Assembly (NCBI GenBank): GCA_044356455.1
Contig: JBIKWF010000017.1
Span: 1-53,527 of the forward strand
From: Bdellovibrionota bacterium
GTDB lineage: Bacteria > Bdellovibrionota_C > UBA2361 > JBGSMV01
DNA: 53,527 bases
Direction of reading: 5' to 3'
How positions within the stretch are numbered: the stretch's first letter is position 1; every line of letters begins with the position of its first letter. The notes beneath the pieces were generated by a model. The model was not told the DNA's origin. It saw only the letters and a list, made by a program, of their open reading frames with translations, and ran no database searches. Positions 9,764 through 20,198 of the stretch are shown piece by piece. A program made the translations under genes and the position numbers.

Positions 9764-9917
9764 GGAGCTTCTGAAAAGCCTCGCTACTTCATTTTTTCTC
9801 TGCGCTCTCTGTGTCCTCTGTGGTTTTTCCAATTCTTAAATCAACCACAGAGGACACAGAGGACACAGAGGACACAGAGGACACAGAGAGCACAGAGCGG
9901 ACTCTTTCAGAGGTTCC
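9764..9917. mobile_element. IS5-type MITE with 9-nt periodic internal inverted repeat
   Basis: CTAA|GGAGCTTCTGAAAAG ... CTTTCAGAGGTTCC|TTAA; six CACAGAG units at 9-nt spacing (9846-9897) complementary to 9798-9825; abuts a second right end at 9745-9759. Confidence 0.75.
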
Positions 9918-9944
9918 TTAAGTAACCACAGACGAAAAGAAATG

Positions 9945-10967
9945 TCACGAATGGCAGGCCCTGCGGAGGCGATCCATGATTGCAAGCCCTAGCCCCGCAT
10001 CGGGGCATGAATCTACCAAAATCAGGTCTAAGTCTTGGCGGTCAAGAACTCGTAATGCAGAGAAGAGATTCGCCGCAGCCTCTTCGAGGTCTCCCTCACT
10101 ACTGAGCACATACACAGAGCTAAACACGTTTCCTGGTTCGCCTACCGGGGGCTCTCGAAACGAAAGCAGTCCAACTTTTTTGGGAAGCGCCCCTTGCGGA
10201 AGATCCGACCGAAAGGCGAGAGGTGTACGTGGGGCATAGTGCTGCTCAAGCATCCCGGGCGCGAGAGGCTGCGGAGACGTCACCCCCTCAGAGGCGGACT
10301 TCGTTCCACCACGGGGCTTAGACTGGAGGCCCTCAACTTCTTGCTCGCCTAGTAGGGCGGTAAGCTGTTCTCGGGTAATCCCTCCAGGCCGCAAGATTCG
10401 TACTTTCGGCTCAAGAATCGTTACTATAGTTGATTCGAGACCAACGCGGCACGGGCCGCCGTCAAGAATAAAAGGCGGGTGATCAGAGAGCCCCTCTTCT
10501 ACATGCTGAGCGGTGGTTGGGCTTATGCCAGAGAAAGGGTTTGCGCTTGGAGCTGCGATGGGAAGCCCGCAAGCCTTAAGAAGTCTTAGCGCAATGGGGT
10601 GATCGGGGATACGCACGGCAACTGTTGAGAGTCCCGCGGTAACCACAGAGGAGATGGCAGTCGCCTTGGGTAGAATTATGGAGAGGGGCCCGGGCCACAA
10701 GGTTGCTAGAAGCTTAATTCTTCTCTCTACCATGGTAGAATTCGGTAGTGCCGCTACTAATGGGATCTCATCAACCGAGGCGATATGAACAATGAGCGGA
10801 TTAAAGGACGGTCGTCCCTTGGCTTTGAAAATGCCTCGGGTGGCATCATCTGAGAAGGCATTGGCGCCAAGGCCATAAACGGTCTCCGTGGGGAAAGCGA
10901 CAAGTCCTCCCTCTCGGAGGATCTCTGCGGCGCGTGCTATCGACTCCTCAGATGGCTGAACAATCAC
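9945..10967 (-). CDS. tsaC: L-threonylcarbamoyladenylate synthase (Sua5-type TsaC)
   Basis: VAFPTETVYGLGA, KGRPSFNPLIVH, AAPSAN, PGMLEQHYAP; GTG start overlaps upstream TGA, SD GGAGG. Confidence 0.92.
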   Translation of the reverse strand: MIVQPSEESIARAAEILREGGLVAFPTETVYGLGANAFSDDATRGIFKAKGRPSFNPLIVHIASVDEIPLVAALPNSTMVERRIKLLATLWPGPLSIILPKATAISSVVTAGLSTVAVRIPDHPIALRLLKACGLPIAAPSANPFSGISPTTAQHVEEGLSDHPPFILDGGPCRVGLESTIVTILEPKVRILRPGGITREQLTALLGEQEVEGLQSKPRGGTKSASEGVTSPQPLAPGMLEQHYAPRTPLAFRSDLPQGALPKKVGLLSFREPPVGEPGNVFSSVYVLSSEGDLEEAAANLFSALRVLDRQDLDLILVDSCPDAGLGLAIMDRLRRACHS

Positions 10968-12196
10968 AAGAGATTTGCCTCCAAGATTGTTTTCGCAAGC
11001 TGATCGGCGACGATCGAATGACCAATCGTGTTGGGGTGGCACGCATCAGAAGAGACGTAATAAAGATCGTTCTGAGCGAGCGTTGCACCATACTCACGCC
11101 GCATTTCGTTGACCTCGGAAGGGAATATGAGGCCAGACTTAAGTGCCGGGATGCTTTCAAGGAGCTTTCGTTGCCCATCAACAAAAAGCATGCCGTTTCT
11201 AGTCGCAGTCTTTTCGGCTGCGCTGCGGTAGTTCTTAGGTGCACAGAGTGTAAGGACTAGTGTACTCGCACCTGATTCTTTTCGGGCCTCTTGGCCCATG
11301 GCCGCAAGGTTCGCGCTGAAGCGTTTACGAGGAACTGCTCTTTGAAGCGGTGGTAGACTATCAAGCGTAGTGGTGGTGGTTGGTGGTTTCTGCAGTAAAC
11401 GGGCGAAAGTGCGGACTAAGGCGCTATGATTGAAAAGGGTCCTAAGAGCAAAGAGTGAGCTTGTATTGGTGAACGCCTCCACTTGTCCGCGGTGGGGAGT
11501 CACGACTGATTTTGCATCATTAGCCCCAAATCCCAAGATAACAAGGTCCGGAGAGAAGCGGGGAGCGTAGGTGCCGAAGATGAGCCTACCGTATTCTGAG
11601 GAGTCCCCTGGAATCGCAAAGTTGCCTACTTCGATGCGCTTCTTGGTTCCCACGGCGTCCTGAAGTTTTCGCTGTAGTAACTCTGAGAACATTGATTCTT
11701 GGTCTACTCCCCAACCAAACGCGCTTGAATCTCCGAATACCAGGATGCGAAAAGTTTCAGGAGCCTTTTCTGGTGAGATCTCGGGGCCTCGAAAGCCGAG
11801 GGAATTAGATCGAATAGCATAGCGGCGAGTCCTGTCGGTTGGAATGCGACTAAACGTATTCACCACCGAACGTTCAGCTGAAGGAGTAAGGCGTACCCGA
11901 AAACCATCCCCCTCCTCGAACATGCCGATCCACTCGAGGGCCTCTTTATCTACCTTTTGGAAATTCATGCGCGCGCGAGAATTGTCTTCACGCAGCATCC
12001 AGGTAGGCATATCGAGTGCCTGCGGAGCTGAGGTTCTTGGCTTGTCGCTCTGGTCAAGTTTGAAAACTCGGCAGGTAGCCTCGAGAAGACCAAACATAAG
12101 AAGGGGAACTAGTACGGAAATAGCGAGGCCCACCCTCCAAGCTCCAGGGGAGCTGGGGATCGTATTATGAGAATCTATAGGGCGACTTCTGCTCAT
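10964..12196 (-). CDS. SGNH/GDSL hydrolase with N-terminal TM
   Basis: NSLGFRG, FGDSSAFG, GANDA, DACHPN motifs. Confidence 0.85.
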   Translation of the reverse strand: MSRSRPIDSHNTIPSSPGAWRVGLAISVLVPLLMFGLLEATCRVFKLDQSDKPRTSAPQALDMPTWMLREDNSRARMNFQKVDKEALEWIGMFEEGDGFRVRLTPSAERSVVNTFSRIPTDRTRRYAIRSNSLGFRGPEISPEKAPETFRILVFGDSSAFGWGVDQESMFSELLQRKLQDAVGTKKRIEVGNFAIPGDSSEYGRLIFGTYAPRFSPDLVILGFGANDAKSVVTPHRGQVEAFTNTSSLFALRTLFNHSALVRTFARLLQKPPTTTTTLDSLPPLQRAVPRKRFSANLAAMGQEARKESGASTLVLTLCAPKNYRSAAEKTATRNGMLFVDGQRKLLESIPALKSGLIFPSEVNEMRREYGATLAQNDLYYVSSDACHPNTIGHSIVADQLAKTILEANLL

Positions 12197-12540
12197 GGGT
12201 TGGTCGTTTTATCACATGTAGACAAACAGAGGAAAAGTATCGAGCCTCAGTAAGTGAGGGTAAGTGCCTGAAAGGGCATGCCTCGGTGCTCGTGCCTAAG
12301 GTGACGAATAGTTAAACTAGCTGCGGCCGGCGAGGAGCGATTAAGCTCAACTTTGATGATTTTGGAGAATAATCAGGACCGATGCTCCGAAGACATTCAC
12401 CTCTAATGAAGTGCAGAACAGTTGATTTCTCGCAGGGACTTTCCAGGGCCCCCGAAGGGATTCCGTGACATACAAAACTGAGAGTGCGTCCCGTCGCCAC
12501 CACCAAATCTGGTGGAAGGAGTTTCCCGCAGGGCAGTCTT

Positions 12541-12987
12541 TTAGGGGCGAAATACCTCTTCAGCCCCATCCTTGCGGCATGCCTCGAGTCGTTCAATAAG
12601 TCCATTCGTCTCGTCTCGGGAAATTACGCCACGAATGAGATCTGCAGAGAATTGATTGTCGAAGCCATTGAGACAGTCCTTGTCAATGAACTGTGGGCCA
12701 AGAAGAGCAAGGGAGTCGTCGCCCCCTGAGCCTGCGGAAGCGGTTCCTCTCATGAAGGCGAGACGTGCGAGCTCAGTCCCCGCACACCGTTCGTCAGAAG
12801 CGCTATTCTGAAGGCAGGCTGTTCTTCCATCGTCTTGAGCCGTCATGCATTCGCGCAAAAGCTCAGAGCAGGCCTTCATCGTTCCTGTCGGTACGGCAGA
12901 GGAAGGGGCTGCGAAGGAAACATGAGGAGCTACTGCGCACCAAACAATCAGGGCGGATATAATGAGTGAGCGTGAGGTAAGCGCCAT
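12541..12987 (-). CDS. Secreted Cys-containing hypothetical protein
   Basis: Signal-peptide-like N-terminus; six Cys in the mature helical region. Confidence 0.6.
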   Translation of the reverse strand: MALTSRSLIISALIVWCAVAPHVSFAAPSSAVPTGTMKACSELLRECMTAQDDGRTACLQNSASDERCAGTELARLAFMRGTASAGSGGDDSLALLGPQFIDKDCLNGFDNQFSADLIRGVISRDETNGLIERLEACRKDGAEEVFRP

Positions 12988-13219
12988 AATAAGGCTTCCA
13001 AAAAAGGGGAAAAATTAGTTCAGACAGCTCGAACGAGCGAAATTGTATCACCCTCAAGCGATCTAAGCTAAAGAAAGCGCACTTGGATTGTGGGTTGGGC
13101 CGAACGAAAGCAGTGACTTGATTTGCAATAATTCTGAAGGGTTATAGGAACTCTTGGCGCCCCACCCCTTTACCTACTTGTTTTAGCAGGCATTGCTCAC
13201 AGCCTTCAAGGGCTCAGGG

Positions 13220-13657
13220 TTAGTCCTTGCTCAGGGCGATGGTTGTTATCTCGCCTTTGAGATCCTTCATGCGAACTTTTTCCACTGCCTGCATAAAGGC
13301 TACTTTTGAGACTGGCTTTACCAGCAGGGCTTGAGCTCCAGCGCTGGTAGCTTCAAGTTTGTCCTCGTTAGATTCATATTTGCTCATGAGGAATATGGGT
13401 ATTTTCAAGCGTTCGTAATGATTTTGAAATCTTCTAATGAGCTCAAATCCAGAGAACATTGGTAAGCTAACATCTATGAGGAGAAACGCAGGGCGGACTT
13501 TCTGAAACTTATTCTCCATTGCTCGAAGTAGGGCTTGACCATCGTTAAGGCCGAGGGCTTCAAAACCGCTTTCTCCGATAGCTTCAAGGCACGACTTTTG
13601 TGTAGCCAGGTCAGCGTCAACTACAAGTACGCAGGGTTTTGCGTCAGGTTGCTTCAT
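13220..13657 (-). CDS. Stand-alone response regulator receiver
   Basis: VLVVDAD, LIDVSLPMFSG, MS, VKP motifs; SD aaggag. Confidence 0.85.
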   Translation of the reverse strand: MKQPDAKPCVLVVDADLATQKSCLEAIGESGFEALGLNDGQALLRAMENKFQKVRPAFLLIDVSLPMFSGFELIRRFQNHYERLKIPIFLMSKYESNEDKLEATSAGAQALLVKPVSKVAFMQAVEKVRMKDLKGEITTIALSKD

Positions 13658-13853
13658 GAGGCGCAGTCTCCTTCAAGGAGTTAGCCAAAGGGCTTGAAAG
13701 ACCCTATCGGCTAATTCCAGCGGGAATATGAGTATTGCGCTTAGGTATTTCGCAATCGCGGATAACGCCTTGGTAGGACTTAACTTATTCTCTAGCGGGT
13801 TATCGAGATCGGTTCCCGGGCCACCCCGTATCATGGGGATTTGTCTTCACCGG

Positions 13854-15131
13854 CTATTTAAACTGCTCTGCCTCGGTCGAGCCCTTGAGGGCTGTGGTAG
13901 AGGACTCCCCGGAGGTGATCGTCATGAGAACCTTATCGAAGTATCCTGTGCCTGACTCGCGCTGATGTTTGGTCGCTGTATATCCGTCTTTCTCGCGCGC
14001 AAATTCCTGTTCTTGAAGCCGAACATAGGCAGGCATCCCCTCGGCCTTGAATCCCTGAGCGAGCGCAAAAGTTCCCATGTTAATTAAGTGCCAGCCTGCG
14101 AGAGTAATAAATTGATAGCGATAGCCCATGGCTCCAAGTTCGGTCTGGAAACGCTTGATAGTAGCTTCATCTAGATGCCGCTTCCAATTGAAAGAAGGCG
14201 AGCAGTTGTACGCAAGAAGTTTTCCTGGGAAGGCTTTGTGCACCTCTTCCGCGAAGGTCTTGGCCTGAGCAAGATCTGGCTCTGCAGTTTCGAACCAGAG
14301 CAGATCCGCATACGGAGCATATGCTAAGGCCCGCGCGAGCGTGCTCTCCATGCCGCCTTTTACTACATAGTAGCCTTCGCTCGTTCTTGTGCCCGTAGCG
14401 AAGCGCCTGTCTTGTTCATCGATATCGCTCGTAAGCAAAGTTGCATTCAGTGCGTCCGTTCGAGCGACAAGGAGCGTCGGAATATCACAGACATCGGCGG
14501 CCAAGCGGGCGCCAATCAAGGTTCGTATGAAAGCACTTGTGGGCACCAGCACCTTGCCACCAAGATGACCACACTTCTTCTCAGCGGCAAGTTGATCCTC
14601 AAAGTGAACTGCGGCTGCGCCGGCTTCAATCATGCTCTTCATGAGTTCAAAGGCGTGTAGGGGCCCGCCGAAGCCTGCCTCCGCATCTGCGAGAATCGGC
14701 AGCATCCAATCTGTTGAGCCTTTTCCCTCTGAGCATTGAATCTGATCGGCGCGAAGAAGTGCTTGATTAAGGCGGCGCACCAGTGCGGGGGCACTATTGG
14801 AGGGGTAGAGCGATTGATCCGGATAGGTCTGACCAGCCAGGTTGCCATCCGCTGCGACTTGCCACCCGCTCAAATAGATTGATTTAAGACCTGCGCGTGC
14901 CATTTGAACCGCTTGTGATCCCGTGAGGGCTCCGAGTGCAGCAACAAAGGGTTCTTTTGCAATCAATTCCCACAACTTTGCGGAGCTATGGCGAGCGATG
15001 GAGTGCTCGAGGTGGATACTTGGCCTGAGGGCAATAACTTGCTCGGCAGTATAGGTGCGACGAATGCCTTTCCAGCGCGGATTCGTTTGCCACTCGGTCG
15101 AAAGTTTTTTTGCGGCTTCCGTTGTTCCCAT
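13854..15131 (-). CDS. aceA: Isocitrate lyase
   Basis: [11 protein letters not shown] active-site signature, [17 protein letters not shown]; start at 15131 chosen on SD (ORF extends to 15155). Confidence 0.97.
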   Translation of the reverse strand: MGTTEAAKKLSTEWQTNPRWKGIRRTYTAEQVIALRPSIHLEHSIARHSSAKLWELIAKEPFVAALGALTGSQAVQMARAGLKSIYLSGWQVAADGNLAGQTYPDQSLYPSNSAPALVRRLNQALLRADQIQCSEGKGSTDWMLPILADAEAGFGGPLHAFELMKSMIEAGAAAVHFEDQLAAEKKCGHLGGKVLVPTSAFIRTLIGARLAADVCDIPTLLVARTDALNATLLTSDIDEQDRRFATGTRTSEGYYVVKGGMESTLARALAYAPYADLLWFETAEPDLAQAKTFAEEVHKAFPGKLLAYNCSPSFNWKRHLDEATIKRFQTELGAMGYRYQFITLAGWHLINMGTFALAQGFKAEGMPAYVRLQEQEFAREKDGYTATKHQRESGTGYFDKVLMTITSGESSTTALKGSTEAEQFK

Positions 15132-15182
15132 TTCTTCCTCATTAGAAAAATTCATCGGTGAATGACTTTGCGAGCGCGGCAG

Positions 15183-16736
15183 TTACGGAACGCTTTCGCT
15201 AAGCATGCGGTAGGCTGGGAGGGTTAGAAACTCCTCAAACGCCTCGGACAGGATCAAATTTTCTAAAAGCCCCTTGGCGTCAGTAAGCCGTGGGAGACTT
15301 TCAAGCTTGGCGCATTCCTCTTGCAGGATCGTGCGAAACCACGCGGCAGTGCAAGTTGAACCCTCGAGGGTCTTGACGCCGCGAGCGCGCCACAGCCAAA
15401 GCTGTGAACGGGAAATCTCAGCCGTTGCCGCGTCTTCCATCAAGTTAAAAATCGCTACCGCTCCACTCCCGCGTAGCCAGGCGCTTAGATATTGGAGGCA
15501 CACACTCATGTTGTTTCTAATGCCAGCTTCAGAGACAGTTCCATTGGGCACGGAGAAGGAGAGGAGGGCTTCCGGGGTCACGCGCACCTCATCTCGTAAG
15601 CGCTGCTTTTGATGTGGATTGACGCCTAGAGCCGTATCAAAGACTTCCATCGCAATCGGTACCAGATCAGGGTGCGCAACCCAGGTGCCATCAAACCCAT
15701 CCTGGCTTTCGCGCTGTTTGTCCTCTCGAACCTTACGGAGCGCTTGTTCGTTTACCTCGGGGTCTTTGCGCGAAGGAATAAATGCCGCCATGCCTCCCAT
15801 CGCATGTGCGCCCCGAGAGTGGCAGGTCTTTACCAGTAGCTCTGTGTAAGCGCGCATGAATGGAACGGTCATAGTGATTTGGCTTCGGTCAGGAAGAGTA
15901 AAGCCAGGCCAGCCATGACATTTCTTGATGATGCTAAAAATATAATCCCAGCGACCCGCATTGAGACCGGCTGCGTGCTCTTTAATCTCAAAAAGAATCT
16001 CCTCCATTTCGAATGCGGCGAGGATGGTTTCGATGAGAACGGTGGCGCGAATTGTTCCGCGTGGGATGCCAAGATAACGCTGCGCTTCAATAAACACCGA
16101 GTTCCAGAGCCGCGCTTCGAGATGGCTCTCTAGCTTGGGCAGGTAAAAGTAGGGGCCTGAGCCACGAGCAGCAAGAGGCGAATGGTTGTGAAAAAGATAA
16201 AGACCAAAATCAAAGAGCGAACCCGAAATGGGAACGCCATCAATCTCAAAGTGTTTCTCACTGAGATGCCAGCCGCGAGGACGGACTACCAGCGTAGCGA
16301 GGGAGTCCTTAAGGCTATAACTTTTGCCCTCTGGGCTGGTGAAAGAAAGAGTGCGCAGATTCGCCCGCAAGAGATTCTCTTGACCTTCGATGGTATTGTG
16401 CCAGGTAGGAGCGTTTGAATCCTCAAAATCTGCCATGAAGACTTTAGCGCCTGAGTTCAGCGCATTAATCACCATTTTTGCGTCAACGGGACCGGTAATC
16501 TCCACGCGCCGATCGTTGAGGTCGCTTGGTGCAGGCGCCACGCTCCACGTCGACTCACGTATGTTTGCCGTTTCAGGGAGGAAGTGAGGCTTTTCTCCCT
16601 GGGAAAGGCGAAGAGCCCTCGCGCGTCTTGCCTCAAGCAAGTGCTGGCGCTCCTTTTCAAAGGTGACGTGGAGATGCGTGAGGAACTCTTTCGCGGCAGG
16701 GGTGAGAATGCGGGAGGCTGCGGAATGCATGTGCAA
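15183..16736 (-). CDS. aceB: Malate synthase A
   Basis: [41 protein letters not shown]. Confidence 0.97.
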   Translation of the reverse strand: MHMHSAASRILTPAAKEFLTHLHVTFEKERQHLLEARRARALRLSQGEKPHFLPETANIRESTWSVAPAPSDLNDRRVEITGPVDAKMVINALNSGAKVFMADFEDSNAPTWHNTIEGQENLLRANLRTLSFTSPEGKSYSLKDSLATLVVRPRGWHLSEKHFEIDGVPISGSLFDFGLYLFHNHSPLAARGSGPYFYLPKLESHLEARLWNSVFIEAQRYLGIPRGTIRATVLIETILAAFEMEEILFEIKEHAAGLNAGRWDYIFSIIKKCHGWPGFTLPDRSQITMTVPFMRAYTELLVKTCHSRGAHAMGGMAAFIPSRKDPEVNEQALRKVREDKQRESQDGFDGTWVAHPDLVPIAMEVFDTALGVNPHQKQRLRDEVRVTPEALLSFSVPNGTVSEAGIRNNMSVCLQYLSAWLRGSGAVAIFNLMEDAATAEISRSQLWLWRARGVKTLEGSTCTAAWFRTILQEECAKLESLPRLTDAKGLLENLILSEAFEEFLTLPAYRMLSESVP

Positions 16737-16892
16737 TATCTTACACGTTCCTCGTTGATTTGGGTTTAGAAATCTTGCGGCTGCTCAGATCGCTTTCTGA
16801 GAGCCGGGCCCTTCGGCACGACCAGGGGTGCACCGGAGGCTCTTGCGAAACCTGCATTGTGATTAATTTAGGGCACTTGCGGGGAGCGCCTA

Positions 16893-18161
16893 CTAGTCGC
16901 CTGTGATCTCCGCGATGATCTTGAGCAGTCCTCGAGCAGCTCGCAGTTTGCCACACTGTTTTGCCCTTGCGGCTGCTGCGCCCGCAAGTTTAAGAAATTC
17001 ATTGGAACTTATTTCCTGATTGGTTACTTCAAGTTCACTGCAATCGTGGAAGTCCTGAATTGCATCCGAGGTCTTTCCTTGGGCGCCGCGAACGACGCCC
17101 CGGAGCGTGAGTCCCCAAAACAGGGCATGAGCTTGAGCCTCAGACGGGCTATCCTCGACCTCTGTTCTTTGAGTCGAGGCAATAAGCCTAACTCCCTGGG
17201 AGAGAGCGGTTTCATAATCGCAGATATAGAGTGAAGCAACCCCTAGAGCCTGTCGTTGCTGGAGATAAGAGTCAGATGAGGGGGAAAAATCGCGCTCTCC
17301 GGATTGAACTGCACGACTAAGAAAGTTGAATGCCTTTAGAAAATGTCCTCTCGTTAATGCAAAAAGCCCGAGATGGAAGCACGCGATTCCCTCATATCCT
17401 CTTGGAACGGGGGTTCGTCCTACCTCGGGAAGCTGCTCACTGCCCAGGCTACGTGCAAGGCAGCCAGCGTCAATTAGCGAGAGGCTTGCAGAGAAGGCGC
17501 GTGAGGCGGCGGAAACATCCCCGCCCGAATCGCTCGAATTTCCCAGGTAAGATTGTCCGCGCTGAAGTTCTACTTGAGCTAGGAGCGAATATGGCAGCGG
17601 TCTCATAGCACGCAGAAGTGTGCGAGCTTTATCAAAGGTAGCGATTGCATTTGGGAAATTTTCAGCATCTTTAAGAATCGTTCCGAGATTCATGAGCAGA
17701 ACCGCTCGGTAGTGGGGGGAGTGCCGTCCTTCTCTCTCCAGCCTCTGAGAAATTGCGAGGGCCATCCCCGTAAATATTTCGGCCTCATTGGTATTTCCAA
17801 GTTTCTCGTAAGCAGCGCCCAGGGAAAGATAAAGGTCCGCTTGAAAGGGGAGAATGGAAGGCGAATTCCCTTTGAGCAGGTCCTTCCATGGGAGGATGGC
17901 GGCCAACGCTTCGTCGAATTTCCCCTGCTCGAATAGCTTGATGGCAGTGGTGCGGTCCACTACAAACTCATTGATAAGAAGTTCTTCTGCCACTTGAGCT
18001 GCGTCTATTTCCAAGGAAGTGGCGGCGCTCGACTTCGCGGCGTCAGTTCCTCCCACGTGAGTGGCTGGAATATTCAAGGCGGCGCTGTAATGCGGAGAGT
18101 TCGCAGGAGATCCTGGAGACGGGTCGTTAAGCGGACGATTATCAAACTGCTCTGGCTGCAT
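16893..18161 (-). CDS. Tetratricopeptide-repeat protein
   Basis: Repeated helical TPR-like units (YLSLGAAYEKLGNTNEA; LMNLGTILKDAENFPNA) after a low-complexity N-terminus. Confidence 0.7.
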   Translation of the reverse strand: MQPEQFDNRPLNDPSPGSPANSPHYSAALNIPATHVGGTDAAKSSAATSLEIDAAQVAEELLINEFVVDRTTAIKLFEQGKFDEALAAILPWKDLLKGNSPSILPFQADLYLSLGAAYEKLGNTNEAEIFTGMALAISQRLEREGRHSPHYRAVLLMNLGTILKDAENFPNAIATFDKARTLLRAMRPLPYSLLAQVELQRGQSYLGNSSDSGGDVSAASRAFSASLSLIDAGCLARSLGSEQLPEVGRTPVPRGYEGIACFHLGLFALTRGHFLKAFNFLSRAVQSGERDFSPSSDSYLQQRQALGVASLYICDYETALSQGVRLIASTQRTEVEDSPSEAQAHALFWGLTLRGVVRGAQGKTSDAIQDFHDCSELEVTNQEISSNEFLKLAGAAAARAKQCGKLRAARGLLKIIAEITGD

Positions 18162-18272
18162 GAAGAACCTGAGGATACTACTTGCACAGGTCGGGGTAGC
18201 CTATCGCACGGGGCTGGGTAATCAAGTGGCTGGGAATGTTGTATCGGTAGGGCGTTTCAGGTACCGCAGCAG

Positions 18273-18679
18273 ACGCCGCGTGCTGCGGCGAGAGATCATG
18301 TGGCGCCCTGAGGACAGGACGCCCTACCGAGATGCCTCGCCTTTGGGTAGGGCACGCTGTCCTCAGCGTGCCGAAGGATCTACCAGCCCCTACCAAATGG
18401 TTTCAATTTGCCACCATGGGGCGGGTCGGAAGATCCTGCGGCACCGCGAGGACGCGGAGCCCTACCTAGGGAACCTCTGAAAAATTTACCTCTGTGAACC
18501 CCTGTGTCTGCTGTGATGAAATTTTCAACAAGGAATTCACCACAGAGGGCACGAAGGTACACAGAGGTTCACTAGGTGTCTCGCCAATGGGTAGGGCGCG
18601 CTGTCCTCAGCGTGCCGAACAACGACGATAACATCCGAGGAGACGGTATACTTGCCACCGCCGACGCGAGACGTTCCTA
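18273..18679. repeat. Composite ~400-bp repeat, copy 1 (GTAG REP doublets plus nested MITE)
   Basis: Colinear, highly similar direct repeat of 20199-20593. Confidence 0.9.
18470..18571. mobile_element. IS5-type MITE inserted in a REP linker
   Basis: CTAG|GGAACCTCTGAAAAA ... CAGAGGTTCA|CTAG target duplication. Confidence 0.8.
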
Positions 18680-18833
18680 GATGTCTGTGGCTGTAATTGA
18701 CCATAGAAAGCGCCCCGACATATCGCCGCCGCAGTGTGCCACCTTTCCAGCGCACTTAGATGCCTCGACAAAAAAGTAGGACGGGACCATTCTACTGCAC
18801 CAAAAGTCTGCCGATTTAAAAAGGTAGGATCAT

Positions 18834-19826
18834 CTACCGCTCCTCAAAACACCATGGTCGGCCATCCTTAATAACCAGCCCAAACCCGTGCTGTTCCGCC
18901 TCCCTGCGTCGCATGACCCGCACGCGGCCATTCTTCATCCGAACAACTACGTTGTGCCATGGAGCCCCAGATCCATCATTGAGAAGCGAGATTCCGAGCT
19001 TCTCAGTGGAGTGGGGATGCGGGTGAATCGATAGCCGAAGCGCCTCTGGGAACGACTCTCGCAGTACCGCGCTGTACGCCTCATTTCTGACAATCATCTG
19101 CCGCGCCTTGTCCTTGCAAAGCTGAAGAAAGGCGTTCTTACTCAACATGCGGGGCGCTGCAATGTCCTCTGCCAGAAACTGGGTGAAGCCGACATAGAGT
19201 CGCGTAAGTTCCGTATCTTTCCCCAGCTTCGCGAGGAGCTCCGTCTCCTTGTCTCGAACTCGTTCGCTCAGTCTGGTGCGAACTTCATCGGGAGACCTTC
19301 CCCCAATGAGAGTTTCGAGGGTGACCCACTCTAGCCCGTGCTGCTTGCAAAGATTCCCAATCCAGGAGCCGTATCTCGTAACCGTCTCATCGGGAACACC
19401 AATGATATCGTTGTACACACGACCATCCGACACTACGATCAGCTTAGCTCCCTTGGAGTGGACTCTTCCTATGGTGCGGCTAAGCCACGCGAGCCGGCGA
19501 ATTGCTCGCGTTTCGCCTTCGTCAGGCAAATTGCCAATCACCTTATCAACCTGGTTCGGAGATTTAAAAGGGAATGCAGGCAATACAAGCTCTAGTGACT
19601 GATTGGCGGCTAAGACCCGCCGAATCCTTTCGCTGAAAGCCGCACGCGTTGACCAGCTTGTCTCCTCGGTGACACCTTTGAGCCGAATGTGGTTCAGGAT
19701 GTCGGCGATCCGCTCAGTCTTGCGATGGATAAAGCAAGTCAGGACTAAAACTTGCGCCCTTGTGTTGCAGGGGGACTTCAGAATTTGGAGTAGGCTCTGA
19801 TTGTGGGTGAGCAGTATCGAAAGGAT
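18834..19826 (-). CDS. PvcA/Dit1-family isonitrile (isocyanide) synthase; 5' end lacks a canonical in-frame start
   Basis: LPAFPFKSPN, VVSDGRVYND, RNEAYS, LRLSIHPH, APWHNVVV; frame open to 19826 but first canonical start is TTG at 19583, inside the conserved region. Confidence 0.8.
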   Translation of the reverse strand: MLSILLTHNQSLLQILKSPCNTRAQVLVLTCFIHRKTERIADILNHIRLKGVTEETSWSTRAAFSERIRRVLAANQSLELVLPAFPFKSPNQVDKVIGNLPDEGETRAIRRLAWLSRTIGRVHSKGAKLIVVSDGRVYNDIIGVPDETVTRYGSWIGNLCKQHGLEWVTLETLIGGRSPDEVRTRLSERVRDKETELLAKLGKDTELTRLYVGFTQFLAEDIAAPRMLSKNAFLQLCKDKARQMIVRNEAYSAVLRESFPEALRLSIHPHPHSTEKLGISLLNDGSGAPWHNVVVRMKNGRVRVMRRREAEQHGFGLVIKDGRPWCFEER

Positions 19827-20198
19827 TCATAAAAGGAACCACGTGATTAAAGTATGTTTTGCGAATGGCCAAAGGAGTTGTCAAACGACAAGATTCCAGA
19901 GCTCTCGCATTGGGTAGGTCCTCATGAGAGGACCAAACCCGGCAGAGAAGTTTAAAGGACGGCTTTTGTTATGTAAGGGAATGGGTGTCTGCTACGCTCG
20001 CTAGGCGCAATATAAGAGATTTTTGAAATAGCAGAAATTTGTGGTTCGCATGTGATGATTCCCAAGAGACCACAATTTAAACTTTCTCGCTGTGTTATTC
20101 AAGGAAAATCTCGATCTTCTCCCGCGGCTGCTTTGCCGCGCTCTACTAACGAGGGCTATTTCAAGTCGCAAGTTATGGGTGATCTAGGTGGCAATAAA

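Noticed and set aside
18160..18480. ORFs 18160-18480, 20188-20406, 20490-20678 and similar
   Set aside because: They are translations of the non-coding repeat block; their mutual similarity reflects the DNA repeat
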